Source: a virus. Taken from it: DNA of 45,345 bases. The position numbers were made by a program, and so were the translations under genes. Under the pieces are notes generated by a model, which was given only the letters and a program-made list of their open reading frames with translations, was not told the origin of the DNA and did no database searches. The stretch covers positions 1 to 45,345 of the IMG/VR virus record IMGVR_UViG_3300023291_000095, one strand, 5' to 3'. This document shows, one piece after another, positions 33,780 through 41,437 of this stretch (position 1 is its first letter; each line of letters starts with the position of its first letter).

Positions 33780-34469
33780 TCACTCACCATCCTTCATGAT
33801 GCTGCTCATGTCCTTCATTTCTCGCTTATCGCTCAGCGTGACAATGTCGCTCCTGCCTCCACTGGCATCTTCATAGCTACCGATGACATTGTGAGGAACA
33901 GTTACTGACTCCATCAGGCTGGGGTGACACTTATCTGACTCCTTCACGACACCGCCAGCGGCCTCGATTGCTTGCGGTGGCTTGACACCGTTTACCTGGT
34001 CACCCTCGACCATCAAGCGGTTTAGCATGGCGATAAGTTGAATAACCTCACCTTCCAACTCTACCCACGTCATCCTATTTTCCGCGTAATGAACAGCGGC
34101 CTGCACAACCTCCCCTGCTTCTTCGGCCACTTTCAGAAGTACGTAATTCGGCTGCGGGTATTTGCGCATCGCTTTTTCTGCGGCAATTTTCCCCATTGCA
34201 ACCAGTGATGAAAAATAATCCTCGACCGGCTTTTGCGGGGCGGTGAATAGCTCAGTGCCCACAGGTAGATGCTGTATTTTTTCAAGGTAGTAATCGATAA
34301 CCTTGCGACCTATGTCCGGCCAGTTCTTCGATATCACTATCTGAGCCACCGGCACTTGATCGCCTTTCAGCTCACGGATGGCGATTAGTTCCAGCGCGAG
34401 ATACTGTTCAAGTGATGTCTTAGCGTTTGCAACCACGTCTTTCAGCTCTTCAATGCTTAGGTTGTTCAT
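33780..34469 (-). CDS. MazG-like nucleotide pyrophosphohydrolase domain protein with extra N- and C-terminal regions
   Basis: LLKVAEEAGEVVQAAVHY...ELEGEVIQLIAMLNRL is the MazG-type EExxE/helix pattern. ATG 34469 forms an ATGA overlap. Confidence 0.6.
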   Translation of the reverse strand: MNNLSIEELKDVVANAKTSLEQYLALELIAIRELKGDQVPVAQIVISKNWPDIGRKVIDYYLEKIQHLPVGTELFTAPQKPVEDYFSSLVAMGKIAAEKAMRKYPQPNYVLLKVAEEAGEVVQAAVHYAENRMTWVELEGEVIQLIAMLNRLMVEGDQVNGVKPPQAIEAAGGVVKESDKCHPSLMESVTVPHNVIGSYEDASGGRSDIVTLSDKREMKDMSSIMKDGE

Positions 34470-35053
34470 GGTTTTACCTTCTTTCCTGTAACTTGAAGCA
34501 TTGGGCACTGCATGCCGTCTGCATGTGATTTCCCGCACAGGATGCAACCCCCGCTGATTATCTCCACAGGCAGCACCACCGGATTAGCCAGCCTGGATTT
34601 CAGCGCTGCGATTTCTGCCTCAAGTCGCACATAGTTTTGTTCAACCTGTTTACGTGCGTCAGCTTCGTCCGAGTAGTTACTTTCTGCTTTATCAGCCCGC
34701 TGGCGTTCTGCTTCGAGAAGCCCAATCAGATGCGATGCAGCCACAGCCTGAACCGGCATTGAGTAATCACCTTGCTTACCAAACATCTCATCAAGCAACA
34801 GAAAGAACTCGGATGTATAGATGGAGTCAGGATTTTCAATGCAGCAGTCGGCTACAAACTTCAAATTTTTAAGGCTGTCAAATCCAGTCTCAGGCTCATT
34901 GCCCTGACGTTGATCGCTGAGAAGCTTAACTAAATCCTCCCATTTAACGTACGAACCAGTGCGGTCGTCATCTGCGCATTGCGGCCATGCGTCATTACTA
35001 TTTACTGAATATGTATTAATTTTAAGTGCCTTGATATCTGTTGCATCAGTCAT
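34466..35053 (-). CDS. Ead/Ea22-like coiled-coil protein
   Basis: LLEAERQRADKAE...EAEIAALKSRL followed by a Cys-rich tail, as in lambdoid Ea22-like proteins. Confidence 0.45.
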   Translation of the reverse strand: MTDATDIKALKINTYSVNSNDAWPQCADDDRTGSYVKWEDLVKLLSDQRQGNEPETGFDSLKNLKFVADCCIENPDSIYTSEFFLLLDEMFGKQGDYSMPVQAVAASHLIGLLEAERQRADKAESNYSDEADARKQVEQNYVRLEAEIAALKSRLANPVVLPVEIISGGCILCGKSHADGMQCPMLQVTGKKVKP

Positions 35054-35321
35054 GAGGTTGCTCCTTCACCGGCTTTGACGTGTATTCAGCAATTACTTCC
35101 CCATCAGCATTAAAATACTTAACCTCGCATGTCGGATGGCAGTTGTGCTTATACTTCCCGTACTTAAGTTGATTGGTGAATACCACATCGAGGTTGACGC
35201 TTCCGTTCATTCCGACAATAGTTCCGAGGTCACCATATACCTCCACCATCATGCCGATTCTGGCAAAGTCAATTCCTCTACAACGGATCATATCTGCTAT
35301 AAATTGCTTATCCTTGCTCAT
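35046..35321 (-). CDS. hypothetical protein (91 aa)
   Basis: ORF with overlaps on both sides. Confidence 0.55.
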   Translation of the reverse strand: MSKDKQFIADMIRCRGIDFARIGMMVEVYGDLGTIVGMNGSVNLDVVFTNQLKYGKYKHNCHPTCEVKYFNADGEVIAEYTSKPVKEQPHD

Positions 35322-35779
35322 CCCTTCCTCCCAGCGCGCAGATTTGCGGCGCGGCGAGCAGCTTTACTGCCACTACCAGCCATAGAATAAATTATGTTGT
35401 TAACAACCTTTTCACGCTGCTGACGCCAATTGTAAATTGCCAATCTGGCATGTTCAGATTCGGAGTGAGGGGATTGCCAGCAGATTGACTCAAGCTCACC
35501 GCTATCAATAATGGAAACAACATATGGAGGGATGGCTCTTTTCTCAATCTCAGCGATAGCGGCGTCGGTGGCTAGTGTTGATTGCAGCGCGTCATTGCAA
35601 ATCATTGCAGCGCACGCCTTATCGATGTCAGGGTCATTGATAGGACAATGAGTCATCACGCCGCTTAATGCATTGCGCATGGCCACATTCTCAGCCACCA
35701 GCTTCTGATAGTCAGAGTAAGTGACGTATGTGCCGTCATGCTCGCAGCACTGTGTTGGTGTATAGCGTTTTACTGTCAT
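35318..35779 (-). CDS. hypothetical protein (153 aa)
   Basis: ORF with a basic C-terminal tail. No motif recognised. Confidence 0.6.
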   Translation of the reverse strand: MTVKRYTPTQCCEHDGTYVTYSDYQKLVAENVAMRNALSGVMTHCPINDPDIDKACAAMICNDALQSTLATDAAIAEIEKRAIPPYVVSIIDSGELESICWQSPHSESEHARLAIYNWRQQREKVVNNIIYSMAGSGSKAARRAANLRAGRKG

Positions 35780-35782
35780 TAC

Positions 35783-36013
35783 TTAATCCCCCATGTAACG
35801 GCCTTCGCCGTAACCCATGTTATTTTCTTTTATTGGCTGCTCAGATACGGCGGCCGGTTGTTTTGGATAGAACGCGGTACGGTGACCAATCAGCCGCAGT
35901 CTGCGCTGCTCTGGCGTTACGATTAACATATGTGGTTGACCAATCAGTGCGCATTCAATCGCATCAAGAGTGTTGCTGATCATCTCTTTTGAGAGACTAG
36001 ACTTGATGAGCAT
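35783..36013 (-). CDS. hypothetical protein (76 aa)
   Basis: The internal ATG 36013 is preferred. The longer track version (to 36106) adds an R/L/C-rich stretch that overlaps a better-looking ORF. Confidence 0.45.
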   Translation of the reverse strand: MLIKSSLSKEMISNTLDAIECALIGQPHMLIVTPEQRRLRLIGHRTAFYPKQPAAVSEQPIKENNMGYGEGRYMGD

Positions 36014-36155
36014 TTTTACTAACCTTATGCAGCGGATATCCGCATGCAGCCTGAGCCTGCTCGCGAGCCTGTTGCCACATCTCGCCATCGCCAATGAAGC
36101 GAGCAATGACAGCTTTTGTTTGTGCTGCGCGTAATGCGTTTTGGTTAATCATCAT
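35997..36155 (-). CDS. hypothetical protein (52 aa)
   Basis: MMINQNALRAAQTKAVIARFIGDGEMWQQAREQAQAACGY... has a TAATG overlap with the upstream gene and was hand-translated. Confidence 0.4.
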   Translation of the reverse strand: MMINQNALRAAQTKAVIARFIGDGEMWQQAREQAQAACGYPLHKVSKNAHQV

Positions 36156-36343
36156 TATTCTCCAAAAGTTTTACTCATTAACTTATCGAAAACAAACACC
36201 AGCATGGTAAGAGGCCAGAGCAACGTAATTAGCCATGCAAATGCGGCTGGTGGCCTGTCTTGCTTGCGTGTCTGTCGAGTAACCAACCAGTACAACTGAA
36301 CTGATGCGACAAGTCCGATTAGGTAGATTACTATAAGTAGCAT
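36155..36343 (-). CDS. two-TM small membrane protein (62 aa)
   Basis: MLLIVIYLIGLVASVQLYWLV...FAWLITLLWPLTMLVFVF. ATG 36343 has a GAGGA SD. It is the first gene after the leftward promoter. Confidence 0.6.
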   Translation of the reverse strand: MLLIVIYLIGLVASVQLYWLVTRQTRKQDRPPAAFAWLITLLWPLTMLVFVFDKLMSKTFGE

Positions 36344-36384
36344 TTTTATATCCTCGCGTGTTAGCACCGTGCTGCATTGAACTA

Positions 36385-36412
36385 ACTATACACCTTGCGT
36401 GATATTGCGCAA
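36385..36412 (-). promoter_or_regulatory. leftward sigma70-type promoter of the accessory operon
   Basis: The reverse strand reads TTGCGC, a 16-nt spacer, then TATAGT. The -35 lies inside the 14-bp palindrome. Confidence 0.55.
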
Positions 36413-36415
36413 TAT
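36402..36415. promoter_or_regulatory. perfect 14-bp palindrome ATATTGCGCAATAT (operator candidate)
   Basis: Read directly from the sequence. It overlaps the -35 of the leftward promoter and lies 11 nt upstream of the -35 of the rightward one. Confidence 0.5.
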
Positions 36416-36425
36416 TTTTATTTGT

Positions 36426-36454
36426 TTGAAGTAAATCTTTTTTGTTTGTATAGT
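36426..36454 (+). promoter_or_regulatory. rightward sigma70-type promoter
   Basis: TTGAAG, a 17-nt spacer, then TATAGT. The predicted start falls at or next to ATG 36461. Confidence 0.55.
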
Positions 36455-36460
36455 GCATCC

Positions 36461-36700
36461 ATGGAAATCATCAAGGATAACGTTATGAATGAAGATAAAA
36501 ACAACGCCACCATTGAGCGACTGCGGCGCGCTGTGAAGCTTGGCATCAAGACTACACACATCTACAATGGAACAGACTTAAGCCGCTACAGAATGCGCTG
36601 TATAGCCGGTGATTTGAACCACGCATACAACAAGAACCTTTCAGATGATGAAGCTAAGGCGATTAACGATTTTCTCGACAAGGTTAAGAAAGAGTTATAA
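36461..36700 (+). CDS. small protein on the opposite strand inside the leftward region (79 aa, or 71 aa from ATG 36485); regulator candidate
   Basis: The ORF is bounded by its own promoter and a bidirectional terminator. The first ATG would be leaderless, while the second has an AAGGA SD. Confidence 0.55.
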   Translation: MEIIKDNVMNEDKNNATIERLRRAVKLGIKTTHIYNGTDLSRYRMRCIAGDLNHAYNKNLSDDEAKAINDFLDKVKKEL

Positions 36701-36704
36701 AGAC

Positions 36705-36730
36705 AAGCCACCCACTGAGGTGGCTTTTTT
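36705..36730. terminator. bidirectional intrinsic terminator
   Basis: AAGCCACC-cactga-GGTGGCTT followed by TTTT. Confidence 0.8.
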
Positions 36731-36734
36731 ATTG

Positions 36735-36950
36735 CTATCGATCTTCGAACACTCCATTCAGCACTCCAACATGCCAGGCGAGATAGTGGCGCTTGATTCC
36801 TAAAGGCTCAATCTGCGGGTAGTACATATCCAGCGCGCTACGGCAAACATCATCTAAATCTACTTTAGGGTTATCTGCTCTCAGCTTCTTAATTTGCTCA
36901 TTCACTTTCTTGGCGACGTTTTTAACGATGTTGTTTGTTTTTGCGTCCAT
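36735..36950 (-). CDS. hypothetical protein (71 aa)
   Basis: ATG 36950 has a GAGGTG SD. Confidence 0.55.
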   Translation of the reverse strand: MDAKTNNIVKNVAKKVNEQIKKLRADNPKVDLDDVCRSALDMYYPQIEPLGIKRHYLAWHVGVLNGVFEDR

Positions 36951-36965
36951 AGCGCACCTCACATA

Positions 36966-37076
36966 TCAGCAAAAAAATGTTTTAATTAATAACCCAGACA
37001 CTGACAAGAATATTAAGCAAGCCATGGCAAAAATAACCCATAACATTCTTTTCTCAAGCTTCGTGTGTGATGTCAT
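36966..37076 (-). CDS. possible 36-aa transmembrane peptide
   Basis: MTSHTKLEKRMLWVIFAMACLIFLSVSGLLIKTFFC has an ATGA overlap with the upstream gene. Confidence 0.35.
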   Translation of the reverse strand: MTSHTKLEKRMLWVIFAMACLIFLSVSGLLIKTFFC

Positions 37077-37369
37077 TTTTTCACTCTCTTACCATTAATC
37101 TCATATCGCTTTGACTGGACTGCCTGCAAAGTCCTGCCGGTGATATCTTTGATTTCATGGTCGGTGTGGGTGCCAAACAAAGCCAACTCACTTGCCTCCC
37201 ACATCCTGTTGCACCTTAGCATGCCAAGCGACACCCCAAGCCTATGCGCCTGAACTGCAACCGCTGCTGGAGTCCTTTCCAGCTTTTCCGCTATCTCGGC
37301 GCGTGACATTACTCCGGCGACCTCTTTGATGAAGTCAAACTCGTATTTTTCCCATAGTTGCTGTGCCAT
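37073..37369 (-). CDS. DNA-binding protein with two Myb/SANT-like HTH repeats
   Basis: W..YE.DFIKE..G.MSRAEIAEKLERTPAAVAVQAHRLG, then W...E..L......I.DITGRTLQAVQSKR. Confidence 0.5.
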   Translation of the reverse strand: MAQQLWEKYEFDFIKEVAGVMSRAEIAEKLERTPAAVAVQAHRLGVSLGMLRCNRMWEASELALFGTHTDHEIKDITGRTLQAVQSKRYEINGKRVKK

Positions 37370-37371
37370 AG

Positions 37372-38076
37372 TCACATTCCCCACTGGTCGAAGAATTTGA
37401 ACCCCATCACATCAAGTGACTCATCCATTTTCGTAATGAAGTTTGGGATTTTAGTCTCGAAAGCATCATGAAATTCGTTGTCTTTTTTGATGATGATAGA
37501 ATGCATATTTTCACGACGCATGCGTGGGTCGTAATTGCTAAACCACCACTCATCACAGCCTGATACCCACATAGAGTATTGCACCTGAGCCATATACTCC
37601 TTTTTTACCGCTTCAATGCCACCAAGGCGAAACTTTACGTACTGTGCTGACGTGTATGGTGACTTAAGCTCAAGGCCGCGGCCGTCGCTACACATCCCAT
37701 CTGGAGAGCATGCACAACGCATGGTTTCATCTTTGTAGAAGATTGGCGGCAGGGTAGTTGTAACTTCATTCTCAAACTCAAACAGAAGTCGGGCCGCTTC
37801 TTCGTGCTTTTTCCCCCACAGCAGAGGGCGGGCAGGTATTTCATCAGGAATTGCGCCGGTACAAACCTCGGCGATCAGCTCGTTCATGTAGGTTTCTGCC
37901 ATCCCTGACAGTAGTCCCGCGTCCTTATCCTTTTTGGCTTTTGGCTCAGTCAGGATGTCGTCGACACGAGAAGCAGTAATGCATGCCAGTCGGCACTTTT
38001 TCCATTCATCACTTCCCTGCGATATGGCAGAAACATCGAAACCGAGTATTTTTGAGGCTATATCGTTATGCAGCAT
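37372..38076 (-). CDS. YqaJ / lambda-Exo-type recombination exonuclease
   Basis: SQGSDEWKKCRLACITASRVDDIL is a YqaJ N-terminal motif. A PD-(D/E)XK core follows (SPDG...LELKS) and the gene lies directly downstream of recT. Confidence 0.75.
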   Translation of the reverse strand: MLHNDIASKILGFDVSAISQGSDEWKKCRLACITASRVDDILTEPKAKKDKDAGLLSGMAETYMNELIAEVCTGAIPDEIPARPLLWGKKHEEAARLLFEFENEVTTTLPPIFYKDETMRCACSPDGMCSDGRGLELKSPYTSAQYVKFRLGGIEAVKKEYMAQVQYSMWVSGCDEWWFSNYDPRMRRENMHSIIIKKDNEFHDAFETKIPNFITKMDESLDVMGFKFFDQWGM

Positions 38077-39019
38077 CTTTATCACCACCAGTTTTGTTAG
38101 CCAATTTTCTCTCAAGGCTGGAGATGAGTCTTGCAGCCTCTGTTGAAGTAAGTTCTGACTGATTTTCTACGTTGCGCCCAGTCATGCTAAGACAGGCTTT
38201 TTTCAGAATGTCAAATGTAGAATTTACTGAAATAAGGATGTCGTTAATGCGGTCTGATTGTTCTTTGGTAATCGGCGTGATGTCCTTTTCCTGCGTTCTT
38301 TCCTGATTGAAGTTAATCCCCTCTCCACCCTCTGTATTCACGTAATCAACAGCTGCGTCAAGACGCTCACGCCGAGGCCAGCATTTTGCGGCTTGTTTTA
38401 CTACTGTTTTAAGTATCATCTGCTCTTCGTCTGTTACCCAGGGGCAGCGTTTGGTGTTATCTGTAAGGTATTTCTTCCATGCCTCTGACCTGTCACGAAT
38501 TGAGAATATATCTTCAGCCCGCATGGTGTGGGTCAGGTAATCACCTTCGTCCGTTTTAACTACTGTGTAAGCACCGACCACATCACCGCGCTGCTCAATG
38601 GTGTCAAACTCATTGAATTCGTGAGTTGGTGGCCGGTCAATGCTGGTTCGCATGAAGCGGTCATTCTTTCTGACAATTGCCGACTGGCACCATTTGATTG
38701 CGCCTGACTGCTGGGCAATATGCATCAGCCCCATATAGCTGATGTCCAGACAGATGGCGCCTTTTCGTGGCACTAAATACGCGAGTTTCTGCGCTGGATT
38801 GAGTGAAATGCCAATCGCTGCAATGTTCATGATCGCGCTACGAGTCGACACGCCATTCTTTGCTGCAACGCCTGCCAGATAGTCATTGTTCGCGAATATC
38901 TGCATCGCAAACTCTGACTCGCGCCTGAATGTCAGGCTTGGTTCAGAGCAGACCTGCTCGAAGTCAGCCTTCAGTGGATTTATTATTTCGTGAACCTGAT
39001 TTACCAGTAATTGGTTCAT
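38066..39019 (-). CDS. recT: RecT family single-strand annealing protein
   Basis: [26 protein letters not shown]...[18 protein letters not shown]...[10 protein letters not shown]...[14 protein letters not shown] follows the RecT family pattern. Confidence 0.75.
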   Translation of the reverse strand: MNQLLVNQVHEIINPLKADFEQVCSEPSLTFRRESEFAMQIFANNDYLAGVAAKNGVSTRSAIMNIAAIGISLNPAQKLAYLVPRKGAICLDISYMGLMHIAQQSGAIKWCQSAIVRKNDRFMRTSIDRPPTHEFNEFDTIEQRGDVVGAYTVVKTDEGDYLTHTMRAEDIFSIRDRSEAWKKYLTDNTKRCPWVTDEEQMILKTVVKQAAKCWPRRERLDAAVDYVNTEGGEGINFNQERTQEKDITPITKEQSDRINDILISVNSTFDILKKACLSMTGRNVENQSELTSTEAARLISSLERKLANKTGGDKDAA

Positions 39020-39038
39020 GCCGATCTCTCCAACTTAA

Positions 39039-40088
39039 TTAGTAATTGATTTGTACGGGAACTGGCATGCCAGATGCGGCGGAAGCATTCTGATTTTTCA
39101 CGATGGCAATCACGCATTCTTTTGCGCATTCCTGCGAGATACCCGCTTTGGTAAGGATGGCGATTACTTGGTTGTTGATTGCTTTCTGATGCTCGATATT
39201 TGCAGCGCGGGCAGCGGCTTCGTCAGCGATGCGTTTTTCTTCTGCCAGACGAGCATCTTCTTTCTGCTTGGCTTCGCGCTGGATGCGGTCAGCTTCCTGC
39301 TTGGCTTTAAGTTGCTCAGCGGCGATAGCCTCTTGCTTCTCACGTTCTGCTTTTGCAGCAGCATCAATTCGGTCTTGCTCGGCTTTTTTATCGGCTGCAA
39401 TGCGGTTGGCTTCAGCCAGTGCAGCCTGAGCTTTCAGGTCGGATTCGCGCTGCATTGCCGCATCACGTTCACGCTGAGCGGTGACTTCTGCTTCGATTCG
39501 TGCCTGCTCTGCCGCCTGACGCTTTAGCTCCTCTTCGTGAGCAATGCGCAGGCGTTCTGCCTCAGCTTTTTTCTCTGCAATGTCGCGGTCGTACTCATAG
39601 TTATCCAGTAGGGCGGTTGCATGTGCCGCCTCTATTTGCATGGCGAGCTCTTTGGCTTTTGCCTTGTCGAAAGCAGCATTGTCTTTGTCTGCTTCGTCAC
39701 GCATTGCGTTGTAGGCTTCTTCCGCTGCCTTAGCCTCAGTTTCTGCCTTTAGTCGTGCTTGCTCAGCGTCCCACTCGGCACGAGGCAGTAAGATTGCATC
39801 ACGGATTGCATCGCATTCGCGGGTGAACCGGCGCAGCTCATCTTCTGCTGGCTTCACGGCTTCTTTCAGGTGTCTCAAGTACGCTCTGCCGGGATCTTCG
39901 ATGGTCTTCTTGCTTGAGCCAACTGCGCGAGCCAGAGAGCCGATGCGGTCACGACCCTTCTGTGTGGTGACGTCAGGCGTTTCTTTCGCATACTCACGTA
40001 TCTGGGCGAGGAAGTGATCCAGCCCGTTAGCAACGTAGAGCGCCGGAGCCTGTTCCGGTTTAATCTCGATAACTGTTAATTCGCTCAT
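39039..40088 (-). CDS. long Ala/Glu/Lys/Arg coiled-coil protein associated with the recT module (DUF1351-like architecture)
   Basis: 349 aa with a globular N-terminus, about 200 aa of AEKR-rich helix and a small C-terminal domain. It lies directly upstream of recT. Confidence 0.45.
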   Translation of the reverse strand: MSELTVIEIKPEQAPALYVANGLDHFLAQIREYAKETPDVTTQKGRDRIGSLARAVGSSKKTIEDPGRAYLRHLKEAVKPAEDELRRFTRECDAIRDAILLPRAEWDAEQARLKAETEAKAAEEAYNAMRDEADKDNAAFDKAKAKELAMQIEAAHATALLDNYEYDRDIAEKKAEAERLRIAHEEELKRQAAEQARIEAEVTAQRERDAAMQRESDLKAQAALAEANRIAADKKAEQDRIDAAAKAEREKQEAIAAEQLKAKQEADRIQREAKQKEDARLAEEKRIADEAAARAANIEHQKAINNQVIAILTKAGISQECAKECVIAIVKNQNASAASGMPVPVQINY

Positions 40089-40312
40089 TTCTTACCTCTC
40101 ATCTCAAAATCAGCCTTAGCGATAGCCTGAGCAGCTTCGAAAGCAAACTCCTGCACCTTATCCTGAAACTCATTGTCATTTTCAAAAGCACTGACGATTG
40201 ATGAATCAAACTCAACCTTGTCGCGAATGCATGAAGTGATCGCAATGCGCAGAGCTGTAGGAGTGATTGATTGGAACAGCCACAAGGCTAGTTCTTTTTG
40301 TTCTTCATTCAT
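40085..40312 (-). CDS. Gam-like host-nuclease inhibitor candidate (75 aa)
   Basis: LFQS...SIVSAFENDNEFQDKVQEF resembles lambda Gam LFES...SITRAFDDDVEFQERMAEH (from memory). It is the first gene of an operon followed by recT and the exonuclease. Confidence 0.35.
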   Translation of the reverse strand: MNEEQKELALWLFQSITPTALRIAITSCIRDKVEFDSSIVSAFENDNEFQDKVQEFAFEAAQAIAKADFEMRGKK

Positions 40313-40345
40313 TTTGTGTATTCCTCGTTGTTGTTGATGTGATGA

Positions 40346-40374
40346 ATGATAATCTCTGGAAGATATCATGTCAA
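40346..40374 (-). promoter_or_regulatory. leftward early promoter
   Basis: The reverse strand reads TTGACA, a 17-nt spacer, then TATCAT. Confidence 0.65.
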
Positions 40375-40405
40375 TATCATTAATGATTGTTTTCGATATT
40401 GACAT
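40368..40405. promoter_or_regulatory. 11-bp perfect inverted repeat ATGTCAATATC / GATATTGACAT containing both divergent -35 hexamers
   Basis: Read directly: the arms are 40368..40378 and 40395..40405, 16 nt apart. Confidence 0.6.
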
Positions 40406-40426
40406 TAAAATACTTAAAGGCATAAT
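40399..40426 (+). promoter_or_regulatory. rightward early promoter
   Basis: TTGACA, a 16-nt spacer, then CATAAT. Confidence 0.65.
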
Positions 40427-40455
40427 TGATAGCATCAAACACATGAGGAAAAGAC

Positions 40456-40620
40456 ATGACCACTAAGAAAACAAACAAGAAAATGCTAGCGCCATTGCTG
40501 CTTACTGAAGATCAAATGAAGTGGATTGAAGGGGAGGTGGCAAGAACCGGCAACAGCATTGCATCAACGGTTCGCGGCGTAATTCAATCAAAGATCGAAA
40601 ACACAAAAAAGGACAAATAA
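40456..40620 (+). CDS. ribbon-helix-helix (CopG/Arc-type) regulator candidate (54 aa)
   Basis: KMLAPLLLTEDQMKWIEGEVARTGNSIASTVRGVIQSKI follows a strand-helix-helix pattern. It has a GAGGA SD and is not in the ORF track. Confidence 0.5.
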   Translation: MTTKKTNKKMLAPLLLTEDQMKWIEGEVARTGNSIASTVRGVIQSKIENTKKDK

Positions 40621-40621
40621 A

Positions 40622-41428
40622 ATGGCAAACTCATTTAAAGCAATGCGCGTTTCTGGCGTCATTAAGCGCACCGATACCGGCATGTTTATTCGTTACGCAG
40701 ATATCCATATCAAGGAAGGTTTCAACAAACGGGTTGACACCGAAAAATCAAAAGAAGAGAACCAAAGTCTTTTCAACTTCATCATGCAAGGCGGCCAGGT
40801 TCCGGCGCTGGAAGTTATCGCCAGAGATGATGGCGGAGTTGAGATTGTAGAAGGACACCGCAGACATGCGCAGTATGGAAAATGCATTGAAGCAGGCAAG
40901 CCAGTCGAATGGATTTCTATCACCCCATTCAAAGGAAATGATATTGAGCGCATAGCTCGCATCATGAACAGCAACAGCCAGCTTAAACTCAACACGTATG
41001 AAGAGTCTCTGGTGGTTAAGGAGTTGGCAGCTTTCAATCTTACGCCAGTAGAGATCGCAAAGCTTGTCAACGTCAGCCGAAGCAAAGTAGATCAACTGTT
41101 AGCGTTCAATCAGGCTAACTATGATGTTCAGGTGATGGTACGAGATGGTGAGGTTGCTATGCACGTTGCCGTGGATAAAGTTAAAAAGCTTGGAGATGCA
41201 GCAGGTGAAGAATTAAAGAAAGACGTTGAGAAGGCCAAAGCATCAGGCAAGAAACGCGTGACCACTTCTACAGTTCAATTCAGCGCAGTCAAAGCGCGTC
41301 GGTTATGTGAATTGCTTTGTCATACCGAAGTGAATATTGGCACTGGTAACAATTCAATTAATTTTCCAGATGACATCTACAAAGAAGTAACAAAGATTCT
41401 TTCCGAGTACCGATCTGAAATCAAGTGA
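40622..41428 (+). CDS. ParB N-terminal (ParB/Srx) domain protein
   Basis: Contains the EVIARDDGGVEIVEGHRRHAQ (GxRR box) motif and a central HTH-like segment. Confidence 0.65.
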   Translation: MANSFKAMRVSGVIKRTDTGMFIRYADIHIKEGFNKRVDTEKSKEENQSLFNFIMQGGQVPALEVIARDDGGVEIVEGHRRHAQYGKCIEAGKPVEWISITPFKGNDIERIARIMNSNSQLKLNTYEESLVVKELAAFNLTPVEIAKLVNVSRSKVDQLLAFNQANYDVQVMVRDGEVAMHVAVDKVKKLGDAAGEELKKDVEKAKASGKKRVTTSTVQFSAVKARRLCELLCHTEVNIGTGNNSINFPDDIYKEVTKILSEYRSEIK

Positions 41429-41437
41429 GGAATTAAG

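Noticed and set aside
35783-36106. 107-aa version of the reverse ORF
   Set aside because: The first 31 residues are R/L/C-rich and overlap a better 52-aa ORF (35997..36155) that is coupled to the upstream gene. The internal ATG 36013 has an SD.
36910-37098. 62-aa + strand ORF
   Set aside because: It overlaps reverse-strand genes that are translationally coupled, and it has no promoter or SD.
39160-39760. Apparent repetitiveness in the 39039..40088 gene, considered as a possible DNA tandem repeat
   Set aside because: No exact nucleotide repeat unit is visible. The pattern reflects AEKR-rich coiled-coil coding composition.
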